Below, in pieces: positions 1 to 10,487 of a stretch of 20,000 nucleotides of DNA. Every line of letters begins with the position of its first letter. Positions within the stretch are counted from its first letter, which is position 1. This DNA comes from Chiloscyllium plagiosum. Lineage: Eukaryota. The position numbers and the translations under genes are program-made. The stretch is taken from NCBI RefSeq assembly GCF_004010195.1, contig NC_057758.1, positions 6,301,574-6,321,573 of the forward strand. Direction: 5' to 3'. Under the pieces are notes generated by a model. The model saw only the letters and a program-made list of their open reading frames with translations. It was not told where the DNA came from and ran no database searches.

Positions 1-1107
1 TGGGAAAGGGGAAATGTTCACGTTAGGCATACAGATGGTGCGGCCATTATCTCGGGATGAAATGCCTTCATATTGTGTTCATCTTGACCTTCTCATGGTT
101 TTTCCCAGTCTGTGCTGTCTCTTTCCGAACTGAACGTTTAAGGTACAACAATCTCAAATCCCCGCGACATTATGCTTCGAATGTGCGGTCCCAGTCCCTT
201 CTGGTTAAGGGATATCCGCTTTCTTTCTCGTTCTCTCCCCCTCTCCCTCCACGCTTCTCGACCTCTCTCGTTGCCTGTCTCTCACCATCCACTGCAGGTT
301 TTACGGTCATCCATTTTCTGATATTCGTGAACACATTTAAAAAAAGAATCAGTCACAAACGATCCTCATTCTTGAGACCCAGACTTTGAAGTACCCACAG
401 CATTATATCTTACTTTTGTGAAGAGAATGTTTTTTTTTTGGGGAGAGGTGGGGATGATGCGGTAGATCAAATACCTGCCCCTGTATCTCAATAATCCTGT
501 TTAAGACATATTTCGTATTCATTGTGCAGTATGTTAATTTACATGTTATCCCCTTTTTTTAACTCTTACTCTGAGAGGACCAATACATTACTGCTTCCTG
601 AGGCAGTGTTATCGGCCCCTGCATTATTCATTCCTTTTTTCTTTAATCTCCGAGTGTTCCTCCGAGTTCCCACGCTCCTGACCAGGCCGTTAAAACCTGC
701 CCAGTGGTAGGAACATATCAGCTGCCCATGCAATCTGAACCAAACTCTATCGATGTGTATCACCTGGGAGCTGTGAAGTTCACGTGAGTCTCATCGCTGT
801 TGAGATTACGCCTTCATTCTAAAGCAATCCATGCCGCAGCACTATTGTAAATATGCACTACGTCTCGTTACATTTCTTTCTTCAAATGTGAACCATAGCA
901 CCTCACCAATATTCTCTGTTAATTTCTAAAACTTCTGGAACAGATCCATTGTTATCAAATAATGGCAAACATGTCTGAAACAAACAAACAACGGTTTGCG
1001 ATTAGAAGAACGTCATTGAGATGAGATCTGAATTAATATTTTCATCTAAGCTTGGTGCAATTATGTGATATACCACCGAAGAGCGTGTTGGAGCCACGTA
1101 TTCTCAA

Positions 1108-1257
1108 AATATTTAAGAAGCACTTGGATGACAACGTTACAAAACAGGGAACAATAGTCTCTTTACCAAATACAGGAATTCGTGCAGTTTGATGTTTGTT
1201 TGTTGGCTCAGATATGCTGGGCTAAATGTTCTGTTTCTCTGCTGTATGATCTTCTGC
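1108..1257 (+). mobile_element. Degenerate CR1 LINE 3' end
   Basis: tttaagaagcacttggatg encodes FKKHLD, like the CR1 ORF2 C-terminus. It is followed by the CR1-type 3'UTR tail gctgggctaaatg..ctgtttctctgctgtatga. Recognised from memory of the family. Confidence 0.55.
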
Positions 1258-1505
1258 CTACATGTTGTGTGCAAAACAGTATAACATTTCAATTAGATTA
1301 AGAAGATCATGCTCCCCTTCCACATCCTGTCTCCCGGAGTATGCTGGATGGTCTGCACATCCTTGGTTTATGTCACCCATGATCTGCCTAAGTGGTGCAG
1401 TTCTGCAAAACCACCTCTGACTTCAATTAACAAAATCAAATTGAGAATGACAAAATTGGAAGGCTTTTGAGAGCTTCGTTCCTTTGTTCAATAATTTGTT
1501 TGCAG

Positions 1506-1820
1506 ATCATAGAATCGCCACTGTACGGAAACCAGCCATTCAGCACAGCAGGTTCAAAGTGGACCTATTCCGCTATTACTATGCATTTAGTCCTGGTAAG
1601 TACATCTAATCTACAAATTCCTGCATACGAGTTGTAATTTAGCATGGCCAATTCACCTGACATGCACATCGTTGCATTGTGGGAGGAAACTGGAGCGAAC
1701 CCATGACGGCACGGGGAGAACACACAAATTCGACACAGGCAGTCACCTGATGATGGAATCACACTCGGATTCTTGGCAATGTGAGGAGGCAGTACTAACC
1801 ACTGAGCCACTGTGTCGCCC
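1506..1820 (-). mobile_element. HE1-type tRNA-derived SINE (V-SINE superfamily) with CR1-like tail
   Basis: The minus strand reads gggcgacacagTGGCTCAGTGGttagtactgcc (A box), then a degenerate B box (gagtgtgattcc). The V-domain core gttctccccgtg...ccagtttcctcccaca...gtgaattggccatgctaaatt follows, and the tail ends ...gattctatgat. Confidence 0.9.
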
Positions 1821-2111
1821 TACCTGAATGGAGACAGTGAATGCTCCCCCGCTGCTCGGGGCACGACGGATGTTGATTTGAAAGATGTTAGCTAAACCTA
1901 TTTGTTCAGGAACTGCAATTAATGCCAGTCTCTATGGGTCACGTTGTGTCGCCAGAGAGATCTCCAGTTCTCTTCATAAAGGGAGACATTACAAAGTGTG
2001 ATCTCATGGAATTAGAGAGAGGCCTCAGCTGAGACTTGCACAGGGTTTGACGTGTCTAAGGGGGAGAAGAGCAAATTCAATTTGAGAAGGGCATACTTGA
2101 CCATTATAGCA

Positions 2112-2292
2112 ATGGAATGGATTCCGGATTCAGCAGATTGGAGATTCACAAATATAAGCTGGAAAGACTCTTCGCATTTTTCCTTTTACATTAGAAATCA
2201 ACATTTGATGCTGTTCTACGATCGAATACGACATGCACTCCTGCTGTTTGAGCACATCTACGACCCATTCCTTGCAGTCGTGGGTGTCTTTG
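2112..2292 (+). CDS. Exon 1 of GPR139-like class A GPCR (N-terminus and first half of TM1); splice donor mutated
   Basis: ATG in strong Kozak context (gcaATGG). Translates MEWIPDSADWRFTNISWKDSS...EHIYDPFLAVVGVF, with an N-glycosylation sequon (NIS) and a match to the family TM1 motif IYYPxLAxxGVP. Its 181 nt give phase 1, which joins in frame to the acceptor at 4701-4702. The following bases are ATAAGT (2293-2298). Confidence 0.75.
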
Positions 2293-2464
2293 ATAAGTAT
2301 TTCTATTTAGTGAATTCAATCCATGAACCGGAGATGGAGGTGGGGTCTCTTTCAAATGAAAAGAGATCCAGCAGTTTAGAATGTTATACTGACTGCGTGC
2401 TGAACTTGATGGGCTTGGCTGACTGGACAAATGCTTTTGCATTCAGCGTGATATTAGCATCGAT

Positions 2465-3048
2465 AGTTCCATTCCTGTATCTGATAGTCAGCCCAGCTCA
2501 CACTCGTTGTAACTGAAATATAACTAAGAGCAACATGGGTTTCTGCATGGCTATGAAACCTCCTTTCGCGGAATGTGATAATGTGCAGATTATCCACATC
2601 ACTATCATCCTGATCTCTGTCACAATTTATGATAAAACTTTCCTCCAACGTCAGCTTTAGGCTGTTGTTTTCCAGGCATCAGCGACCTTTGTCTTTCTCG
2701 AAGGGTTTCGAAGATGCTGTCTGAGTGATTTGCTGTAAGATTCCCAGCGTCGAGTAAGTTCCATTCCTGTATCTAATAGTCAGCCCAGCTCACACTCCTT
2801 GCAACTGAAATATAACTAAGAGCAACATGGGTTTCTGCATGGCTATGAAACCTCCTTTCGCGGAATGTGATAATTTGCAGATTATCCACATCACTATCAT
2901 CCTGATCTCTGTCACAATTTATGATAAAACCTTCCTCCAACGTCAGCTTAAGGCTGTTGTTTTCCAGGCATCAGCTGCCTTTGTCTTTCTCGAAGGGTTT
3001 CGAAGATGCTGTCTGAGTGATTTGCTGTAAGATTCCCAGCGTCGAGTA
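2465..3048. repeat. Tandem duplication, 2 x 292 bp, inside the GPCR intron
   Basis: 2465-2756 and 2757-3048 both run agttccattcctgtatct...cccagcgtcgagta. I counted about 8 substitutions and saw no indels by eye. Confidence 0.95.
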
Positions 3049-3859
3049 ACTCATGTATTTATGAGATTCGAGCAGATTAGTGTAAATGATAAGTCAATCT
3101 GAACATTGCAGCCAGTCAACAGCACGTACAATGAATACATCAATTAATGAACAGGAGTCACTGTCGAGAAAATCTCAATTATAACTCCCTCAAACATCTG
3201 TCATCGCTCCAAAACTGCTCTGAGGGTTCTCCGATGTTTCCTCTTCTGCTCAGTCCACTCATAAACAAGATGTTTCTTCCATTGGAGTAGAAAACTCACA
3301 AGGCAATCAACAGCCTCCTCACACCAATAACAATGATATAAAACGAAATTGTCAGCAGAACGCTGTGCCAAAAACGGGAGTGTGGACCTCTCATGTTCCC
3401 AAACCAGCTGCCTTTCTCCAAACATTTCTGCTTTCGTCTCAAAATCCCAGCCTTCATTGTTTTCATTTTACAGTCACAGAGTTTGACCTGGATAAAAGGG
3501 GAAAGTTAAAGGCGAAACACATGTCATACGAATAGCTGATGGGAGATGTTCATTTATTCGGAAAAAAAACACAACTTCAAGACAAAGCTCGTATCCGCAG
3601 GAATTTCCAACAATCAGTGGTGAAGTACTGAAGCGCCAAAGGGGACTTGTCCGGTTGAAAGGTGAAATCATATTCCCTCATTTTAACATTCGATTCAAAG
3701 TAGGGATCTAAACCATGTGAAATGGAGACATTCAAGAGAGCTTGCCGGGAGCAGGGTCAAGTTAATGGCGAAAGAAAATTTGCAGACTTGGTAAAGAGAC
3801 TACAATCCAGGAATTGCAACCCGAACACCGCGAGTGGCAGACGATCAGCGGAGGTGTGT

Positions 3860-3980
3860 CAGCACTAAAGCGACGCTAGCTATCTCGGATTTGCCGTTCT
3901 GCCAACATCCAGTCATGAATAATGGCGGACAATGAAACTAGGAAATGAGGGACGGTGTTTGACCAATCTGCCCGTCTTCT
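3860..3980 (+). mobile_element. Highly degenerate LINE (CR1-group) ORF2 fragment
   Basis: atttgccgttctgccaacatccagtcatgaataatggcggacaatgaaa...accaatctgcccgtc resembles the remembered shark LINE ORF2 peptide LCSPATSSHEWWWTIKQLTGGGGSTNIPIL, with a stop and a frameshift. Confidence 0.45.
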
Positions 3981-4702
3981 GCAAACCGACATGTCATGAA
4001 AGAAAGAACCCTAAGTATTAATTAGTTTTATTTCAGTCAGAGGCATCTTACGGTTTTATCACCTTTGCATCCTTTCAGTCTACTTGCCATACGTCGCAAA
4101 TCTATCTCAGCTTTAGGAATGAATGCATGGGCGTCCAGAATTGGATGCTTCGCTGATGATGCTGTTTCAACACAAGGAATACACCGGCGTCTACGTTCCT
4201 GTCATATATTCTCCCGTTAAAAGAAACCATCAGGAATTTCTGAAAATCTGGCAGAATCTGTGGAGAGAGAACAAAAAGAAAAGTTCACACATAATGCCCA
4301 TTCTACGATACAATCTTAGACAGTGACACACCCACAAACGAACCTCACCGCCATCCCTTACTCCCCGTTCTGAACTGCTGCAATCCTCCTTCCCACTTTT
4401 GCCCTCCTGAGTCACGTTTCGAATCTAGAATGGCTCTTCTACATGAGAGCATCTTTGGTAAGAGGAAAACGGTTAAAATTTGTAGCTTAATACGACTTAA
4501 ATATGCACAAGTACTTCCGAGCGCACAATGTTTCATAGCAAGAATTTTCCCAGTCACACAACCCTCTGAGAGTAACAGTTCATCCTCATTTCAATCTTAA
4601 ATGGGTGCCGCTTCGGACTGAGTGTGCTCCTTTTCTGTTGTGAAAAGCAATGCGTGCTCTTCACCTGATTGTAACTTCCAGATTTTGTTTTCTTTCTGAC
4701 AG

Positions 4703-5763
4703 TTAACGCAGTGGCGATTGCAATCTTCCCTCGAGCTAATTGCGGTGTATCCAAATGTGTATCTTTGTATCTGTTGGACATGGCAGTGGCGGATCTATTG
4801 GTCAATATCCTTGACCTTATCCTGAGGCACATTCCAATTGTTTATAAGACATATTTTCAGTTCGTGAAGTCTGTTCCTGTGTGCAATGCCCATGCCATTC
4901 TTGTGAATTCAGCTACAGAGTGTTCTGTGTGGTTTACTGTTGCTTTCACAATTGATCGATTTGTGGCCATCAGCTGCCAGAAACTGAAACGCAAATACTG
5001 CAATGTGAAAATGTCATCTGTGATATTGGGAACAGTGACAGTTCTGAGCTGTTTAAAGAATATGTTTTGGTATTTTAAGTTAACAGGTCAATATCGGGTA
5101 AAGAACATTCCTTGGTTTTGTCAGGAAAGATTGAATATTGTATTATCTCAGTGCTGGGCAACAGTCGAAATCATTCATTATCTTCTAACCCCATGTTTGG
5201 CAATACTTTTGACCGTGCTGTTTAATGGTTTATGTGTCAGACATACCCTAATTGCCAAAAGTGCCCGCGTCAGATTGCAGACTCTGAGAAAGGGGATGCA
5301 TGCCACTGACCCGAAAATAGAAAGTCGAAGAAAATCTATAATTTTGCTGTTTCTCATTTCGACGAACTTTATCATGTCGTGGGCCGTCATTACGCTCTAT
5401 GTAATATGGAGAAGAGTGCGGCGGATTGTGCAGACGCGAATCTTCCTGCATTATTTTGGACAGGAAATTGGATACATTTGCCAACTCACCAGTTGCTGCA
5501 CAAATATTTGTATTTATACTGTGACATTGAACAAGTTCAGGGACCAGATGAAGGCTGTGTTGAAACGTCCATTTACACTTATTAAAATTAAGCAAAGAAA
5601 CGCATTTTCAAAAAATACATACATATCATGGATATTAAACGAAAGATCCGCTACTGCCATGTCCAACAGATACGTGTCACAAATTCGCTTGATTCGTGAT
5701 TGCATTCGTCAACACATTAACTGTGAGAAAAGAAACAAATCGTGGAAATTAAACATTAGTTGA
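4703..5763 (+). CDS. Exon 2 of GPR139-like (GPR139/GPR142-related, shark-expanded) rhodopsin-class GPCR: rest of TM1 to TM7 plus a read-through C-terminal extension; possibly a recent pseudogene
   Basis: A polypyrimidine tract and AG (ttttgttttctttctgacAG, 4701-4702) precede an uninterrupted frame. Motifs: VNAVAIAI..NCGVSKC, TM2 YLLDMAVADLL, PVC, TM3 SVWFTVAFTIDRFVAI, CQKLKRKYC, ECL2 PWFC, TM5 LTPC, ESRRKSIILLF, TM7 SCCTNICIY, helix 8 KFRDQMK. The spliced CDS would be 1242 nt (413 aa). Confidence 0.9.
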
Positions 5764-5775
5764 AGAGCACACATT
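5626..5775 (-). pseudogene. Inverted, decayed fragment of a GPR139-like gene (intron end plus start of exon 2)
   Basis: The minus strand reads aatgtgtgctcttca...tttgtttcttttctcacAG|ttaatgtgttgacg...gtatctgttggacatggcagtagcggatct...aatatccatga, collinear with + strand 4649-4814. 5644-5673 matches 4767-4796 at 29/30 nt and encodes YLLDMAVADL. It carries a short deletion and a frameshift. Confidence 0.85.
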
Positions 5776-6214
5776 CTACGAGACAGTCCCAATTCAACAT
5801 CACTGCAATTCATATTCCCATGCGGCCAGAAACAGAGGTTGAATTAATCAAGGAGCGTACATTTGCATATGACAAGCAGAGTCAGTATGTCAGTCTGCTC
5901 TATCTCCGAGGGTCATTGATGCAAGCATCGTGGTGTCACTTTGCTCTCTCTCCAGAGTCAGTGATGCGTACAGATTGGGGTCAGTCTGATCTCTCTCAGG
6001 ATTTAGTAAAACCCACATATTCGTACCAGGCTGCTTTTTTCATCGGGGACAGTAACACATGTCTAATGGGGTTAGTTTGCTGTATCCCCAACATTAGTCA
6101 TACACACAATCGGATCAAAAAATCTTCGGCCCGGTATCGGCGATACATTTGCGGTTCTGTAAAATTTCACTCACAATTTATCACGGATGCACATGCATAA
6201 TGCTGGGATCAGAG

Positions 6215-6299
6215 AGCATGATTGGCCTGGACTTATTTCCCTGGAGTGCTGGAAGCAGATACGTGACATTATAGATGTTTAGTAAATGTTGAGGGGAAT
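6215..6299 (+). mobile_element. CR1 ORF2 C-terminal fragment
   Basis: Translates LGLISLECWKQIRDIIDV*xMLRGI, resembling the CR1 peptide LGLFSLERRRLRGDLIEVYKIMRGI. Confidence 0.55.
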
Positions 6300-6739
6300 C
6301 GTGAGGAAGTTACTCTGGCAATTATGTAGTTAACATAGTGTTGCAAAGTATGACCTGGCTCATTTTACACGGCGCCAGTAACAGATAATGGTAGTGCATT
6401 GTGATAGTTTGTTTAATAACTGGGAGATGAGCTAATGCAGAAGATGATGGTGTTGCAATGTGATAAATTAAGTGTGATGAAAGGAATTAGTGTGGTAGTC
6501 GATAATTAGTTTAGAAAGATAAAGCAAGCCAGCATTATTGGCTATCATAACGATATCCGATAAGCACGGGAAGAAAAACTGCATAAGTTGCAGGAGAACA
6601 ATGGACCTGTAGTGAGCCAGTTAAGCCATTTTTGCTGGCTCACACAACTTTGAGTTTGCAAGATTAAAGTTTAATTTGGTGAAGTCTTTTGGCATCTCCA
6701 GGTTTTATTTTATAAGCATGGAGTGATTTTTCCACAATA
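6300..6739 (+). mobile_element. LTR-like repeat, copy 1, followed by a PBS-like site
   Basis: Collinear with 10488-10906, sharing the blocks ggaagtta, agtgttgca, gtagtgcattgtga, ttaagtgtgatg, aaagcaagccagc, attggctat, tttgcaagat, catggagtgatt. It has an ATTAAA near 6664. Immediately 3' is aattTGGaacccctgacgggac (6744-6761). Confidence 0.65.
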
Positions 6740-8153
6740 AATTTGGAACCCCTGACGGGACCGGAAAGAGACTTTTTATTCTGAAAAGAAGCTGCAGCTG
6801 GCCACTTCCCAGTTGAAGCAGGATCACCCCAGGTCTAATCAGAATAAAAGAGAGAAAGAGTAAGCGTTTCACTGATATATTTGACTGTATTCTGTCGAAC
6901 AAGGGAGGTTCTTGGGGACGCAGAATTGCAAAGAAAGCTGCTCGTGGGCTGTCCGATTTTTTAAAAATGGATGGTAAATTAAAATTTGAGAAGAGGCAGG
7001 TTCAGGGAAAATGAGCATGCGGTTGAGTAGTATAGAAAAAACTGACTGAGACAAAATTCCAAGCAGTGCATTTAATATTCTGTGGACACTGTCAAAGTCT
7101 TTATGGATATAGGTATGGATTTTTTTTTTCATTTTTATTTCTCATGGTTTATTGATCAGAGTCTGAAATTGTAAGGTTCATTTTATTGTTGGTGTTAGTG
7201 AAAATTCCACGTTGTGTTAATAAGTCCCTGACGTTGTCATTTCAGGAGTCCTGAGCGGTTTTCGCCAGTTGCATATCAGTCTGCGCAGGCAGTGCTTGTG
7301 TAGTGTTGGACGTTTTCCGCAATTTTGAAACTGAAAGCCAGCAGATTGGTACTTGTTGTTTGAAAGTAAAACAGTAGAGAATAGTCAAAATGTTAAAGTG
7401 TTACTGGACTGCTGAATGACAAAGAAATGGCCTGCTAGATAATTAGATGGTACTTTTAGAAATGAATGAAGTATCTGTTTCGCCTTGGCTCTGAGAGAGA
7501 GAGAGCGAAAGATGTTGGCTCAGTGCTGAGCTCGTGGTTGCTTGCACGTAAGTTCTGATTGTCTGTTTTTGTGATCTGGTCTGTATGCATCCTTTCCCGT
7601 TAGTGTTTAAATGTTTATGTTTTGTTTCCCTGAAACGTGAGATCCAGTGATGCTTTATATTACACTGTCGGAATTTAAGCATTTATTTTTAGAGAGTTTA
7701 TTTCAAATCACCATAAACGATTCGTGCAGCCTTCACATGCAGTCGATGCATAGTTTAGGCAGGAAGAACGAAGATGGATTGTTTTTACTAATTTGTTGAG
7801 ACTGAGGAGGCTCGGGAACTGTTGAATTGGTAAGGGATGCCTGCGACTTGTAGAACTAGAAAGTATTTATATTGTTGACATGAGCTCGCTGATTGTAAAG
7901 TACAGGTGAGTGACTTGTGATAGCAAAGATAATACATTAGCTGGACTGAAATATATGTCAGGATGAATAAAGGGAACCGCAATTTAAATGTGGGTAAGAC
8001 AATTCCAGTAGAAAATAACGATATCGTTAACGTTTCTGAAAAATTGGAAAGAATAACTCAGGATTTATTGACCAAATGGCCGATATCAATATGTGTGATG
8101 CATGGAGGGATTGATTGCGAATTGTAGGCCTAAGGATACTTCTAAGAAGAGAT

Positions 8154-8850
8154 GATTTGGTGATGCCGGTGTTGGACTGGGATGTACAAAGTTAAAAATC
8201 ACACAACACCAGGTTATCGTCCAACAGGTTTCATTGGAAGCACACTAGCTGTCGGAGCGACGCTCTTTCATCACGTGATTGTGGAGGGCTGGATCATAAC
8301 ACAGAATTTATAGCAAAAATTTGCAGTGTGATGTAACTGAAATTATACATTGAAAGATTGATTGCCTTTTAAGCCTTTCATCTGTTAGAATACAGTGATA
8401 GTTTCACTTCTTTCATGTGTAAATCATAAAACCTAGTTTTTTGAAGTTGCATTCTCGGGTTAGCTGTTAACAATGGTGATAGCTAGACAATATGTTGAAG
8501 GTGTTAGACTCCTGTGTTCTCTGTCAATGTCCTGATATTTAGATTGATTCTAATCTAAAAAGTGAGATTACAGAGTTTTACATAAATTCATGCAGTTTTT
8601 GAGCTCAGAGTTCTACATGAATGTATGCAGTTTTTGAGCAAAGTGCAATGTAACTCTGCAAGTACAAATTCACCACACAAAATATGTGTGCATGTGGGTC
8701 TTTGTCTGTGTGTGTGTCTGTCTGTCTGGGGTGGGGATTGTGAGTGTGAGAAAGTGTGTGTGTGTGTGCGTAGTGAGTGCAGAGTGTCTTAAGTCTGTGA
8801 GGGGGTGCATGTGTGAGTGTTGGAGTGTGTGTGTCTATAAGGGTGTGTGG
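8154..8850 (-). mobile_element. Penelope-like element 3' end (pseudo-LTR) with mutated hammerhead motif
   Basis: Contains gatgccggtgttggactggg..aaaaatcacacaacaccaggtt..ccaacagg..ggaagcacactagct, typical of shark PLE termini as I recall them. The hammerhead-like segment is at 8243-8277, and the element is truncated in a (GT)n tract. Confidence 0.8.
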
Positions 8851-8854
8851 CTGA

Positions 8855-9230
8855 GGCATATTAGTCGAGAGAGGGAGCTTTTGTTTACGAAAGGATTTCA
8901 ATCTCTGATCAAAAGGGAGAAGGCTTATATTAGAATGTAAGGTGAAGGCTCGTTTAGGGCTCTTGAGAGTTACAAGGCAAAGACCTGAAGAGAGAAGAAC
9001 AGCCAGGAGGCAACATGAGCATTCGCTGACAAATATAATCAAGTGAAATCTTAAATCTTTCTACAGATATATCAGCAATAGGAAAACAATCAGACAATAA
9101 TTCGGGCCAATCGAGGATAATCGTGGGAAGTTGTGCGTGGAGTGTGAAGAGAGTGGTGACGCGCTAAATGCATGCTTCTCTTCAGCATTCACATTGGAAA
9201 AAGACAATCTTTTCGACAGTGGAAGATGAC
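8855..9230 (+). mobile_element. CR1 ORF2 fragment (endonuclease-RT linker)
   Basis: Translates, with stops and frameshifts, FTKGFQSLIKREKAYIRM*GEGSFRALESYK...RRQHE...FYRYISNRK..GPIEDNRGKLCVECEESGDALNACFSSAFTLEKDN. This matches the CR1 linker FYxY..K...LNxxFxSVFT. Confidence 0.8.
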
Positions 9231-10487
9231 AGACAGAGTAAGTGGAAAAAGAGGGGAGAGAGAGATTAGAAATCGCGTGGGAAGGGAGGGTGTGAGAAAG
9301 AGAGAGAGTGCCAAGGGAGATGGGATAGAGAGCGAGAAGGAGTATGAGTGGAGAGAGTAAGGATGGATGGGGACAGACGGCGGGATGGGACGGCGTGTAA
9401 GAGAAAAAAGGGAAGGAATGGCGAGAGAGAGTTGGAAGGGAAGGGGTGGGAGAGAATGCAAAGGGGAGAGAAAGAATGTAGAGGTGAGACAGGAAGCGGG
9501 AATTGAAGGGAGAGTGTTGGAAGGGAAGGGGAGGGAGAAACTGGCAAAAGTGGCTCCAGACAGAGAATGGTAAGACAGTGGGAAGGCACGTAGGACAGAT
9601 GTGATCGGAAAGACAGATTGCAAATGTAGCGTTGAGAAAGGGGTATATGAGAGGGGAGATAATGTGGGATGTATGGGGGTGAGTGAGAGAGAGGCAGAAA
9701 GAGTCAGTGGGAAAGGGAGAGAACGAGAGCAGGAAGAGTGAAGAGAGAGAGAGTGGTAAGCGGGAGAGGGAGATAGTGCAAAGTAAGGGTTGGAGAGAGA
9801 GTGGCAGTGGAGGAGAGAGAGAGTTAGAAGAGGGCAGAGTGAGAAAAGGAAGAGGAGAGCGAATGAGGAGGGAGCAGGTGAGAGTGGAAACGCAGGGAAC
9901 GGGGAGAGAGAGTGGGAACGGATGGGTAGAGAGAGGGAGAAGAGGGGGTGAAGAGATAGTGTGAAGGGAGGGGAGCGGGAGATAGTTCGAAGGGGAGACA
10001 GAGTGAGAATGGTGGGGTGATAGAGAAAGTGCAAAGTACCGGGATAGAGAGAGTTGAAAGAGAGGGGAGTGGGGGTAGTGTGAAAAAGGGAGACAGAGAG
10101 TGCGAAGGGAGGGTGATTGAGAAAATGGAAAGTATTGGGGTAGAGAGGGTTGAAAGGGAGGGTTGGGCGAGTGAAAGTGGGAAGAGAGGGGCTGGAGACC
10201 GTGGGAAGGAGGGCGAAGAGGGTTAGATGGAGAGGGGAGAGAATTTGAAGTTAGTGAGATTGATGGAGTTGGAAGGAATTTGGAGAGAAAATGTGTGGTA
10301 TGGTAAAGGAGAGAGAGTGAGCAGGATGAGGGGATGGTGAGAGTGGGTTGGGAGGGAGGGAAGTCTTCATGGGAAGGGAAGATAGACCATGGGAAGGATT
10401 AAGAGATTGGAAGATTGGTCAGGAAGGTGGAGAGACAAATAGAGGAAAGTGTGGGATGGAGAGAGAGAGAAAGTGGGAATGGAGGTA
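9231..10487 (+). repeat. Purine-rich (GA/GGA) low-complexity tract
   Basis: About 1.25 kb dominated by G and A on the + strand, with no fixed period. Confidence 0.9.

Larger units (their letters stand above)
7271..9560. repeat. Segmental duplication, copy 1 (paralogous to 17842-20000)
   Basis: Both copies start gcatatcagtctgcgcaggcagtgc and stay collinear to ...aactggcaaaagtggc. Identity is roughly 90-95% by eye. Confidence 0.95.

Noticed and set aside
1..1100. Short ORFs 57..389, 522..710 and 566..763
   Set aside because: No recognisable motifs, splice structure or coding bias; treated as intergenic.
1745..1820. tRNA gene or hammerhead (cctgatgatgg at ~1746)
   Set aside because: It is the tRNA-derived head of an HE1 SINE. 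There is no full cloverleaf and no stem II/GAAA.
2052..2516. 154-aa ORF as a standalone gene
   Set aside because: It is exon 1 plus 5' and intronic read-through, with a non-ATG start at 2052.
4123..4326. ORF with YVPVIYS, resembling GPR139 TM1 FVPVVYYS, as an alternative first exon
   Set aside because: No hydrophobic continuation or suitable donor follows. The 2112-2292 exon fits the family and the phase much better.
7906..8008. Apparent intron loss between duplicates (CAG|GTGAGT...TTCCAG in copy 1)
   Set aside because: Copy 2 retains gcgag after the would-be donor, so the deletion is imprecise and is explained by AGT microhomology.
8605..9042. H/T- or V/C-rich ORFs (also 14398..14850 and 19153..19386)
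   Set aside because: They are translations of (CA)/(GT) microsatellite and repeat sequence.
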